Source: Hydrurus foetidus (Eukaryota). From it: a stretch of DNA of 35,130 nt. The DNA lies in assembly GCA_900617105.1 (NCBI GenBank), contig UYFQ01000839.1, positions 186,001 through 221,130 on the forward strand, in the 5' to 3' direction. The translations under genes were made by a program, and so were the position numbers. The first letter of the stretch is position 1, and the number at the start of each line of letters is the position of its first letter. Under the pieces are notes generated by a model. The model saw only the letters and a list, made by a program, of their open reading frames with translations. It was not told the DNA's origin and did not search any database. This document shows, in pieces, positions 11,577-20,773 of the stretch.

Positions 11577-11612
11577 CTGTCACGCGGGTGTCGTCGCTCG
11601 CTGCTTTAGTCT
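11577..11612 (+). promoter_or_regulatory. Pho-box-like site plus putative -10 for the TonB receptor operon
   Basis: CTGTCAC-gcgg-GTGTCGT (11577-11594), followed by TAGTCT at 11607-11612. Confidence 0.45.
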
Positions 11613-11613
11613 G

Positions 11614-11629
11614 ACTGGTTCATACCAGT
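11614..11629. promoter_or_regulatory. GntR/HutC-family operator ACTGGT-TCAT-ACCAGT upstream of the TonB receptor
   Basis: 6-bp inverted repeat arms around a 4-bp spacer, ending 18 bp before ATG 11647. Confidence 0.7.
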
Positions 11630-11646
11630 TGGGGCGAAGGACACTC

Positions 11647-14433
11647 ATGTTTAAGCGATATCCTGTTCGGGCCACGCGCCCGCATCTCAAGAGCTTTTTG
11701 CTGGCTACCGTTGCTGTGCTGGCTGCTGGCGCGCATTCATCGGCCGCGCTCGCGCAGCAGGCTTCTGGCGATCTGGTCGACGAAGTCGTCGTCACCGGCT
11801 ACCGGAAGTCGCTCAGCGACGCCCGCGCCATCAAGAGGGATTCGGTCATCCAGAAGGACGTGATCGTCGCCGAGGACATGGCGAAGTTCCCGGAGCTCAA
11901 CCTGGCTGAATCGCTGCAGCGCCTGCCGGGCGTGCAGATCACCCGGGAAGCGGGCGAAGGCCGGCGGATCTCGCTGCGGGGCCTGGGTCCAGATTTCGCC
12001 CGCGTGCAACTCAACGGCATGGAAGTGCTGGGTGGCGTCGACTCCGCCCAGGACAGCCGCGGCCAGCGTTCGCGCGACCGCGCCTTCGACTTCAACATTT
12101 TCGCCTCGGAACTGTTCTCCCGCGTGGAGGTCGAAAAGACCTTCCAGGCGGCCCAGAACGAGGGCGGCATGGCCGGCACGGTCGGCCTGTTCACCGGCAA
12201 GCCGTTTGACTACGCGTCGGGTTCAAAGGGCGCCGTGTCGCTCAAGCTCGGAACCAACGAATACACCGAGGACGCCCAGCCGCGCATCGCGGCCCTGTTC
12301 AGCCAGAACTGGGACAACAAGTTCGGCGTCGCCTTCTCGGTCGCCTACAGCAAGCGCCAAACGACCGAGCAGGGCCACAACACCTACAACTATTCGCGCC
12401 CCAGCGCGGGAACCCTTCAGGGCCTGGTCACCAAAGGCCTGGACATTTCCAAGCTGAGCACGGCGCAGCAGGCCAAGTTCCTGTCGGGCGATCTCTATTT
12501 TGCCGACGGCAACCGCATCTCCTCGTGGAATTCCAAGCAGGAGCGTCTGGGCCTGACGGGCGCTGTGCAGTGGCGTCCGATGGACAATCTGCTGCTGACG
12601 CTTGATGTGCTGCACGGCGAGTACACCACGCATCGCGACGAACTGCACCTTGCCACACGGCCGCTCGCATCGACCGGGTCGGTCGCGTTCGACACCGCCG
12701 CCAGCACGGTCTGGCCGACCGCCTTCCGCAAGGCGTCCGTCATCAACAACCTGGCCTGGGACAACAGCAACTACGTGACCCTGACCGATGTCACGGGCAC
12801 CACCTTCGGCAGCGAGCACCGTCGCTCGCTGAACGAAAACCGCTTCGACCAGGTGGCGCTGACCGGCAAGTGGGACCTTACGGATCGCCTCACGATCGAC
12901 GGGCATGTCGGCTACGAGAAGTCGACCTATGAGACGCCCTATGACGACAAGCTCTATATGCGCGCCAAGGGCAATCTGATTGCCAACTATGGCAGCGATG
13001 GCCGGTCGGCGACGTTCTCCTACCCGAACTTCGACGCCACCAACCCCGCCAACTACGCGATGGACTCCTTCTACTATCGCGGCTTCAACAATCAGTCGGA
13101 ACTGCAGGAAGGCGTGCTGGACGCCCAGTACGTGCTGAACGAGGTTTGGACCCTGCGGGCCGGCGTGGCCTACCACAAGTTCACGCAAGGCGGCCGGGAC
13201 CTGTTCTATGACGACAACGTCAACGGAACCCGGACCAAGATGCGCGGCACGGCCGTTGCCGACGTCACCTCGGTGTTCACCAACGAGTTCGGGTCGTGGC
13301 TGGTCGGCGACTACGCCAAGGCCTTTGCGAAGTACAACGAGTACCACCGCTTCGGTCCCAACAAGGACGGTACGGGCGGCGCGCTCCAGGACATCGAGAA
13401 CGTCTACGAGACCTCGGAAAAGACCGTCTCCGAGTATGTGCAGGCGGACTGGGACACCGACCTCTTCGGCAAGCGCTTCCGCGGTAACATAGGCGTGCGG
13501 GGCTATCAGACCGACACCCACAGCACCGGCTGGATCCAGGGCGACAGCTACGCCTATCTGGGCACGACGGATGTTGAGGGCAGCTACTCAGGCGTGCTGC
13601 CGGCCATGAACTCGGTGCTGGAGCTGACGCCGGACGTGCTGGTGCGCTTCTCGGCCACGCAGAACCTCAACCGTCCAGGCCTGGGTTCGATGGCGGCCAA
13701 GGGCAGCGCGTTCCAGAATTCGGATAGCGGCGACATCTCGGCGTCGCGCGGCAATCCAAACCTTGAGCCCTACAAGGACAACACGCTGGACTTTGCGGCG
13801 GAGTACTATTTCGGCGTGGACGGCCTGCTCTCGGCCAGCGTGTTCCAGAAGAGCATCAAGAACTTCATTGGCTCGAAAACCCTCGAGAACGTCCCGTTCA
13901 GCCAGACTGGCGTCCCGTTCACCACGATCCCGGGCGCCACGGCCAATACGATCGTCAAAGAGTTCTCGATGCCGGTCAACATCGCCGGCACCAAGAAGCT
14001 GACCGGTGTGGAACTGGCCGCGCAGGGTCAATTCTCGTTCCTGCCGGCGCCGTTCGACAAGCTGGGTGCGGTGGCCAACTACACCTATGTGGACGCTGAC
14101 GAGGCGCTCACCGGCATCTCGAACACCAGCTATAACGCCACGCTCTACTACGAGACCGCGCGCTGGGGTGTCCGTGGGTCCATGAGCCACCGCAATCGCT
14201 GGTTCTCCGGGAACAGCGACAGTGTCATGAGCGCCAGCACGCGCGGCTTCGAGGGGTCGACCTATGTGGACGCCTCGGCCTTCCTGAACGTCACCGATCA
14301 GCTGCAGCTCACGCTGAACGGTATCAACCTGACGAACCAGGAGGACACGCAGTTCTGGGGTCAGAACCAGTACCTCTACAACCAGAACCAGAGCGGCTCG
14401 ACCTATATGGTTGGGCTTAGCTACAAGTTCTAA
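11647..14433 (+). CDS. TonB-dependent receptor
   Basis: ATG with AAGGA RBS, signal peptide (..SAALAQ), TonB box VDEVVVTGYR, plug NLAESLQRLPGV..ISLRGLG, GNPNLEP, C-terminal YKF. Intact 928-aa frame. Confidence 0.95.
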   Translation: MFKRYPVRATRPHLKSFLLATVAVLAAGAHSSAALAQQASGDLVDEVVVTGYRKSLSDARAIKRDSVIQKDVIVAEDMAKFPELNLAESLQRLPGVQITREAGEGRRISLRGLGPDFARVQLNGMEVLGGVDSAQDSRGQRSRDRAFDFNIFASELFSRVEVEKTFQAAQNEGGMAGTVGLFTGKPFDYASGSKGAVSLKLGTNEYTEDAQPRIAALFSQNWDNKFGVAFSVAYSKRQTTEQGHNTYNYSRPSAGTLQGLVTKGLDISKLSTAQQAKFLSGDLYFADGNRISSWNSKQERLGLTGAVQWRPMDNLLLTLDVLHGEYTTHRDELHLATRPLASTGSVAFDTAASTVWPTAFRKASVINNLAWDNSNYVTLTDVTGTTFGSEHRRSLNENRFDQVALTGKWDLTDRLTIDGHVGYEKSTYETPYDDKLYMRAKGNLIANYGSDGRSATFSYPNFDATNPANYAMDSFYYRGFNNQSELQEGVLDAQYVLNEVWTLRAGVAYHKFTQGGRDLFYDDNVNGTRTKMRGTAVADVTSVFTNEFGSWLVGDYAKAFAKYNEYHRFGPNKDGTGGALQDIENVYETSEKTVSEYVQADWDTDLFGKRFRGNIGVRGYQTDTHSTGWIQGDSYAYLGTTDVEGSYSGVLPAMNSVLELTPDVLVRFSATQNLNRPGLGSMAAKGSAFQNSDSGDISASRGNPNLEPYKDNTLDFAAEYYFGVDGLLSASVFQKSIKNFIGSKTLENVPFSQTGVPFTTIPGATANTIVKEFSMPVNIAGTKKLTGVELAAQGQFSFLPAPFDKLGAVANYTYVDADEALTGISNTSYNATLYYETARWGVRGSMSHRNRWFSGNSDSVMSASTRGFEGSTYVDASAFLNVTDQLQLTLNGINLTNQEDTQFWGQNQYLYNQNQSGSTYMVGLSYKF

Positions 14434-14456
14434 GGCCACCGCTTAATGTAGACTTT

Positions 14457-14490
14457 GCGCCCCGCCTTCCTGAGAGGTGGGGCGCTTTTT
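14457..14490 (+). terminator. Intrinsic terminator / intra-operon attenuator after the TonB receptor
   Basis: GCGCCCCGCCT-loop-AGGTGGGGCGC followed by TTTTT. Confidence 0.75.
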
Positions 14491-14507
14491 CTGGGTGTCC
14501 CTGAAAC

Positions 14508-15146
14508 ATGATTGTTTCCCACAGCCATCGCTTCATCTTCGCCGCAGTGCCCAAGACCGGGACCCATGCCGTGCGACGGGCCCTGCGCGAGCACCTGAGC
14601 GACGGCGACGTCGAGCAGGTCGGGCTGTTCGTCGACAAGCGCTTCCCCTGGGAGGATCTGGCGGCGATCCGGCATGGCCACCTGTCTCTGCAGCAGGTGC
14701 GCCCCTATCTCGGCGATGAGGCCTTCAGCGGCTATTTCAAGTTCGCCTTCGTGCGCAATCCGTTCGATCGCTTTGTCTCGTACTGCGCCTTCATGCTGCG
14801 GGGCGGCGACGTCTTTGAGCAGCAACCGCAGGCGGTCATGCGCCACTTTCTTTTCGAGAAGCCGCCGGAACACCACATCCTGTTCCAGCCACAGGCCTCG
14901 CTTCTGGTGGGCGAGGACGGCAAGACCCTGATGGCCGACCACATCGGCCACGTCGAGGATATGCAGGGGTCGTATGATGCGATCTGCGCGCGCATCGGCA
15001 TTCCCTCCCGCCCTCTGGACCGCGTCAACGGCAGCCGTCACGGTGACTATCGTCATTATTACGACCAGGACCTGATCGAGGGCGTCGCCGCCCGCTACGC
15101 CCAGGATCTGGACCTGTTCGGCTACAGCTTCGAAGACATGCGATGA
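14508..15146 (+). CDS. Sulfotransferase family 2 domain protein
   Basis: FIFAAVPKTGT (5'-PSB-like), FAFVRNPFDRFVS (3'-PB-like), C-terminal YRHYYD...YAQDLDLFGYSF. Confidence 0.85.
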   Translation: MIVSHSHRFIFAAVPKTGTHAVRRALREHLSDGDVEQVGLFVDKRFPWEDLAAIRHGHLSLQQVRPYLGDEAFSGYFKFAFVRNPFDRFVSYCAFMLRGGDVFEQQPQAVMRHFLFEKPPEHHILFQPQASLLVGEDGKTLMADHIGHVEDMQGSYDAICARIGIPSRPLDRVNGSRHGDYRHYYDQDLIEGVAARYAQDLDLFGYSFEDMR

Positions 15147-15765
15147 ACGCGCCCCTTTGCGCCTGCCGCCAGCCCGCGCAAGACCACCGGCGTCCGCAGC
15201 TCGGGCTGGTCGACACGCGCTGCAGGCGGCCGTTCTGGCGATTCCCGAGGACGTCTGGGCTGCGGAGAACGCCAGCAAGCCCAACAGGTTTGAGGTGCTG
15301 GACGCGACCTCCCACATCGTTTTCCGGTTTATCGACAGTCCCCGTGACTGGCGCAGCTCGCACGATCGTGCGGCCTGGCCCGAATGGCGCGGATTGCTGG
15401 AGCCGTTGCTGGCTCAGGCCGTCCGCGACTATGGCTATGCGCGCGGGGTGTTTCCGCGGGTGATGTTGGCAAGGATGCGGCCGGGCGGGGTGATCCACCC
15501 CCATATCGACGCCAACCCCGCCGCGAAGTGGCCGCACAAGATCCATGTGCCGCTGTCGACCAATCCCCAGGTGGTGTCCTTCTTCGGCGGCGCCGAACAC
15601 CTTTTCCCACCGGGCGAGGCGGTGGAGGTCAACAACCTGGGTCCGCACTGGGTGCGCAACGACGGTGAGACCGACCGCGTCCACCTGATCTTCGAGTATT
15701 ATGACGCCGACCAGCCTGAACCCAGCTGGCTGGAGCCGTTTCTGCTGGCCGGCGCCGCGCGGTGA
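15143..15765 (+). CDS. Aspartyl/asparaginyl beta-hydroxylase-type Fe(II)/2OG dioxygenase; indels in the first ~80 bp
   Basis: ATG overlaps the upstream stop (ATGA). Motifs IHPHID, HKIHVPL, EVNNLGPHWVRN, DRVHLIFE give the HxD...H triad. Confidence 0.85.
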
Positions 15766-17679
15766 CGCCCTCCGTGAGCGCCAGCCCCGGGTCTCGGGAT
15801 CGCGACGCCCTGTTGCAGGAGGCCAAGGATCTGCGGTCGGGCCAGCGCATCGCGGAAGCCCTGGCCAGCCTTGCGCGGCTGCAGGACCTGCATCCCGGAT
15901 TCAGCCGCCTGTATCAGGAGCGTGGCCGCACTGCCAGGTCATGCTTCGCGATGCGCCGGCACTTATCCGACGCGCTGCGGGAGGCGGTGCGCCTCAACCC
16001 GACCCTGCCGGCGAGCTGGGACATGCTGGAACAGCTCTACCGCATGGTGGGCGATACGGCCCAGGCGGCCACGGCCGCGCAGCATCTGGCGATGCTCAGA
16101 CAGCTCCCGCCGGCGGTGGTGGCGGCCAGCAGCCTGTTCGCCGATGGCGACCTGTCCTCGGCCGAGGAGGTCATTCGAGATTATCTGCACACGGACGGTG
16201 AAAACGTCGGCGTTCGCCTGCTGGCGCGCCTCTGCAAGGCGCGCCGCCAGCGAAGGCCGAGGCGTTGCTGACGTCGGTGCTTGATCGCGGACTATCACGC
16301 AGCGCGCCTCGACTACGCCATGGTGCTCTTGCAGCAGCAAAAACCCCTGCAGGCGCGGCAGGAGACTGAGCACCTGCTCGAACACGACCCTGACAATCGC
16401 GACTATCTCAAGCAGTACGGCGCGGCCTGCATCGCTCTGGGCGACCATGAGCCGCTGATCGATCTCTATGAGCGACTGCTGGACAGCCCAGCCCTCTTGG
16501 GGGCGGAAGTCGCTGATCTGCGTCTTTGGCGGGCGAACGCCCTGAAGGTCACGGGCAGGCAACAGGACGCCATTGCGGACTATCGCGCCGCCCTGGCGGC
16601 GCGGCCAGACTACGGCGTGGCCTGGTTCAGCCTGGCCAACCTCAAGACCTACCGCTTCACCGACGATGACATCGCGCGCATGCGCGCGCCTGATCCGGCC
16701 TGGCGTCAGGACATGGACCGCGTCTATCTCAGTTTCGCGCTGGGCAAGGCGCTGGAGGACCGGGCAGACTACGCATCGTCCTGGCAATATTACGAGCGCG
16801 GCAATGCGATCCGCGCTGTCTCCAGCCGATATCGCCCCGAGGTCGCGGGATCCTGCGTCCTGCGACTAAAAAGGTCTTCACCGCCGAAGTCTTTGCCGCG
16901 CGCTGTTGACTGGGGTCTGGCCGACCCGGCCCATCTTTGTCGTGGGCTTGCCGCGGTCGGGGTCAACCTTGATCGAGCAGATCCTGGCCTCCCATTCCCA
17001 GGTGGAAGGCACGCAGGAACTGACAGAAATCGACCGCTATGCAGGCGAAATCTGCGGCCGCGATCCTGATTGCGGCTTGCCGCTGGATCCCGAGGCCCTG
17101 CTGCGCCTGACCCCGGAGGACGCCCGGGCGCTCGGCGAGCGCTTTCTGGCCGAAACCCGCACCTATCGCAGGCTGGGGAAGGCCTTCTTCATCGACAAGA
17201 TGCCCAACAATTTCTGGCACATCGGCCTGATCCATCTCATCCTGCCGCGCTCGACGATCATCGATGTGCGCCGCGAGCCCATGGCGTGCGGCTTCAGCAA
17301 CTTCAAGCAGCTGTTCGGGACCACCAATCAGGAATTCACCTACGGCATGGATCATCTCGCCCGTCACTATCGCGCCTATCTCGAACTCATGAGGCACTGG
17401 GGCGAGGTGCTGCCGGGGCGGGTGCTGAAGGTGGCGTACGAGGATGTGGTCGAGGGCCTTGAAGACAGCGTGCAGCGCCTGCTCGAGGGTTGCAGGCTGC
17501 CGTTTGGAGCCGGCCTGCCTGACTTTCCACGAGACCCAGCGCAGCGTGCGCACGCCCAGTTCAGAGCAGGTGCGCCAGCCCATCGGCCGTGACGGCCTCG
17601 CGCAATGGCGACCTTACGAGCCATGGCTTGCGCCTTTGCGGACGGACTGGGTGACGCGCTCGCCGGCTACAGGGCCTGA
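15762..17679 (+). CDS. TPR-containing sulfotransferase; multiple frameshifts
   Basis: TPR segments in ORFs 15762 and 16281 (AWFSLANLKTYRF, FALGKALED). ORF 16906 has IFVVGLPRSGSTLIEQIL, FIDKMPNNF, RREPMACGFSNFKQLF. The tail VRTPSSEQVRQPI...W ends TGA 17677-17679. Confidence 0.85.
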
Positions 17680-17682
17680 CCC

Positions 17683-18627
17683 ATGCGGCTTTCACGCCCC
17701 TTTTTCCACCTCCCCCTGCTCTTCGATGTCGGGCGTTTGCAGGCTGAGGTCGCGGCTTTGCCCGACGAGGCCTGGACGTCACACCCGGACCGTTTGCCCG
17801 GCAACAGCGCGGCGCGGTTGATCAGCGCGGGCGGGGCTGAGACGGACTCGGTCCATGGGCAGATGCTGCCAACGCGCTGGCTTGAGACCATGCCCTATAC
17901 AACCCAGGCCCTGGCGGCCTTTGGCGTGGTCTGGAGCCGCTCGCGGCTCATGCGCCTGGCCCCGGGCGCAGGCGTGCCCGAGCACGCCGACATCAACTAC
18001 CACTGGCACACGCGGGTGCGGCTGCACATTCCGATCGTCACCCGGCCGGAGGTCGCCTTTCACTGCGACGGGCAACGGGTGCACATGGCCGCAGGCGAAG
18101 CCTGGATCTTCGATAACTGGCGCCCGCACCATGTCGAAAACAGGTCTGGCGCCGAGCGCATCCATCTCGTCGCGGATACCAGCGGCACAGCGGCGTTCTG
18201 GCAGTTCGTCCGTGGACAGGCGCCGCCTCGCGCCCAATGGCGGACGGTCGCCTGGGATCCCGGGATGCGGCCCCAGTTGCTGACCGAGGGTGACCAGCGC
18301 ACGCCGGTGATGCCTGCCGCCGAAGTGCAGCTGCTGGTCGACGATCTGCGCGCGGAACTGGCGCTCGCCACCGACACCGCCGAGGCCAGGGGCCGGGCTG
18401 CGCGGTTCAGCATGCTGCTGGAGGACTTTGTGTCCGACTGGCGCCAGCTCTGCGCCTTGCATGGCGCCGGGGGGCGGGGGCGATCAGACTTCCTGCGCCT
18501 GGCTCGCGCCGTGCACGAGGCCGTCAGGCCGCTCGCCGCTGGTCTGGTCATGCGCACCAACAACGCCAGCGCGCTACTGGTGCTTGAGAAGCGCGTCTTG
18601 CAGCATCTGGTCTCAGACGAGGCCTAG
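17683..18627 (+). CDS. Aspartyl/asparaginyl beta-hydroxylase-domain Fe(II)/2OG dioxygenase with C-terminal helical extension
   Basis: Motifs SRSRLMRL, PEHADINYHW, RLHIPI, WIFDNWRPHHVEN, RIHLVAD. Confidence 0.85.
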   Translation: MRLSRPFFHLPLLFDVGRLQAEVAALPDEAWTSHPDRLPGNSAARLISAGGAETDSVHGQMLPTRWLETMPYTTQALAAFGVVWSRSRLMRLAPGAGVPEHADINYHWHTRVRLHIPIVTRPEVAFHCDGQRVHMAAGEAWIFDNWRPHHVENRSGAERIHLVADTSGTAAFWQFVRGQAPPRAQWRTVAWDPGMRPQLLTEGDQRTPVMPAAEVQLLVDDLRAELALATDTAEARGRAARFSMLLEDFVSDWRQLCALHGAGGRGRSDFLRLARAVHEAVRPLAAGLVMRTNNASALLVLEKRVLQHLVSDEA

Positions 18628-18697
18628 GCCGCCGCGCGCAGGCGCAGCCCGCAGCACACGAGAAACGGCTTGTCGCGGCACGGGCGGGGCTTTGCGA

Positions 18698-19282
18698 TCA
18701 GACTGAAACTTCGTCCAGGCGATCGATCTGATCTCGAAGATGATCGTGATAGGTCTCGAAACCGGCCACCTCGGCGTCCGGGGCCTTGCCCGCTTCGTCA
18801 TAGCCGCGCAGCCGCAGGGCGGCTTGCGCCGCCGGCTCGGCCAGGAACGCCTCGATCTCGGCCTTGCTCATCGGGCCGCCCTGCAGAGCCAGGCTCTGCA
18901 GGGACGCCTTGCTGAGACGCTTGAAATAGGCGGGATCTACGGCCACCCGGTAGCGCTTGGCCGCCACGTGAAGGCGGATCGGCTCTGTCACCGCCGGGCT
19001 GAACGCCCGCGCCAGATAGCCGGCGCTGATGTGCTCGTGGCGCGTATCGACGCCAAGGTCGGCGGCGTTCTCTCCGGCCTTCTGCATCAGGTGGCCTATG
19101 TCGTGCAGCAGGGCGGCGACGATCATCGCGGGCGGCGCGTTGTCGATCTTGGCGTGATGCGCCGTCTGCAGCGCGTGCTCCAGCTGGCTGACGTCTTCCC
19201 CATAGCGCAGGCCGCCCAGTCGGGCGAAGAGATCGGCGAGTTCGGCCACGAAAGCATCGGCCGCAGGACGAGTCGTCATCAT
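18698..19282 (-). CDS. phnZ: PhnZ/TmpB-like HD-domain diiron oxygenase (phosphonate C-P cleavage family)
   Basis: YGEDVSQLEHALQ, LLHDIGH, RHEH, LHVAAKRY, LSKASLQSLALQGG, LRGYDEAGK match the PhnZ family signature. Confidence 0.85.
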   Translation of the reverse strand: MMTTRPAADAFVAELADLFARLGGLRYGEDVSQLEHALQTAHHAKIDNAPPAMIVAALLHDIGHLMQKAGENAADLGVDTRHEHISAGYLARAFSPAVTEPIRLHVAAKRYRVAVDPAYFKRLSKASLQSLALQGGPMSKAEIEAFLAEPAAQAALRLRGYDEAGKAPDAEVAGFETYHDHLRDQIDRLDEVSV

Positions 19283-19502
19283 GTATCCGTGGTGCTGACA
19301 GGATCGGAATGGAGCGAGCGCGCTTACCGGAGCCGCCGTCCGGCGCCGGGGGCGGCGCGGCTTGTCCGCGCCGTTTCCAGAAGGGTGACCAGACGATGGG
19401 CGGACAACGGTCCACCCGCCGAGCTCGCGCTTGGTTTGTCCCCGTGGCCGCTGCCGCGCGCGCGAAGATGGGTGGTGATGGCTCCGCCTCCTGGTGACTA
19501 AA

Positions 19503-19536
19503 TTGGTATATACCAAAATCGGCCTGCACTTGGCAA
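19503..19536 (-). promoter_or_regulatory. Perfect palindromic operator TTGGTATATACCAA overlapping a putative sigma70 promoter for phnZ
   Basis: Palindrome at 19503-19516. On the minus strand TTGCCA (19536-19531), 18 nt, TATATA (19512-19507). Confidence 0.8.
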
Positions 19537-19661
19537 AACTTTCGTGAAGCCTCGACCAGGGCGAGAATGCCCGTCAGGGGTTTGATCCCGTTTCTTGACC
19601 TTGACGGAGCGGGCTCCCATCCTTGGGGCTGGCGGGATTCGACCGCTGACAGGTCTTTCCG

Positions 19662-20381
19662 ATGCATCAGTCCGACACCCTCCATTATCTTGGAGTCCGC
19701 GACGGCATCGCCGTGCGGATCGTCAGTGGCGAACTGAAGGCTGGCGAACGGCTGCCGTCAGAGCGCCAGTTGCAGGTCGGCGGCGGCGTGGCGCGGGGCA
19801 CCGTTCGCGAGGCCCTGTTTCAGCTTGAGGCCGAGGGGCTGATCTATCGAAAGGACCGCAGCGGCTGGTACGTTTCCCCGCCGCCGGTGGTCTACGACCC
19901 GACCCGCTGGGAGGGCTTCATGTCCTATGTCGAGGCGCAGGGCCGGCGGCCGGCGACCGAGACGCTCAGCAAGGTCGAGATCGCCTGCGACGGCATGCTG
20001 GCCCAGATCTTTTCACGCCCGGTGGGCGCGCCGATGTACTGGATTCGCCGCCGGCGCTCGATCGATGACCGGGCCGTGCTGATCGAGAGCATCGTCGTCG
20101 ACGCCTCCCTGGCGCCGGGTCTTGTGGAACACGATCTCGACGGCTCGCTGACCAGCGTTCTGAAATCGGTCTATGGCATCGGCGTCGCGCGCAACAAGGT
20201 CGACATGCGGCCCTGCGCCCTGACGCTGGGTGAGGCCGAAGCCCTGCGGGTCAAGTCGGGCCTGCCTGGGCTCAGCGTGGAGCGCACCTGCTACAATGCC
20301 CAGGGCCGCGTGGTCGAATTCGACCGCGAGCACTGGCGACATGACGCCCTCAAGATCAGCGTCGACATCCGTGTGCGTTGA
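19662..20381 (+). CDS. GntR/HutC-family regulator with UTRA domain, PhnR/PhnF-like
   Basis: GERLPSERQL..ARGTVREALFQLEAEGLIYRKDRSGWYV, YDPT, UTRA C-terminus GRVVEFDREHWRHDA. Divergent from the phnZ-like gene. Confidence 0.9.
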   Translation: MHQSDTLHYLGVRDGIAVRIVSGELKAGERLPSERQLQVGGGVARGTVREALFQLEAEGLIYRKDRSGWYVSPPPVVYDPTRWEGFMSYVEAQGRRPATETLSKVEIACDGMLAQIFSRPVGAPMYWIRRRRSIDDRAVLIESIVVDASLAPGLVEHDLDGSLTSVLKSVYGIGVARNKVDMRPCALTLGEAEALRVKSGLPGLSVERTCYNAQGRVVEFDREHWRHDALKISVDIRVR

Positions 20382-20457
20382 CCTTGTCTCACCCTCGCCG
20401 GGCCCGTACGGACGCTTTCCCTGCGCGCCCCGCGCGGGCGTCGAAACGTCCCTGGAT

Positions 20458-20469
20458 TGGTCTAGACCA
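20458..20469. promoter_or_regulatory. Perfect palindromic operator TGGTCTAGACCA downstream of the regulator
   Basis: 12-bp palindrome matching the three other sites. Confidence 0.7.
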
Positions 20470-20742
20470 TCTGGGTCGTAGGGCTTCCCCATGTTCCGGT
20501 CCCCAACGGGGGCTGAAACCAACCGATCCGCCAGCATTGACCTGGGGTTTTCTACTGCGCGGCATTGCGGCCAATCAAATCGCGCGGGCGCCTCCAAGCG
20601 TTTTCGCGAGAACCGAACTGCAATTTTTCAGGCCTTCGGGCGCCGGCCACCAGCCTTCGCACGCAACCGCAATCGCCCAATCGACGTAATGGGCTTGTGT
20701 GTGGGGCGGGGCGGCGAAAAGTGCCGGAAGTTCAAAGGCAAG

Positions 20743-20773
<31 letters not shown>

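Noticed and set aside
11188..11646. N-terminal extensions given by the ORF track for the TonB receptor (from 11188); the same applies to the phosphatase (11386) and phnZ (19516)
   Set aside because: The extensions run through promoter and operator DNA. Downstream ATGs with an RBS, a signal peptide or family-typical length fit better.
19625..19645. GGGGCTGGCGGGATTCGACC, resembling a reversed tRNA T-arm and possible att site
   Set aside because: Short, does not match the tRNA-Ser 3' end well, and lies inside the block rather than at its far edge.
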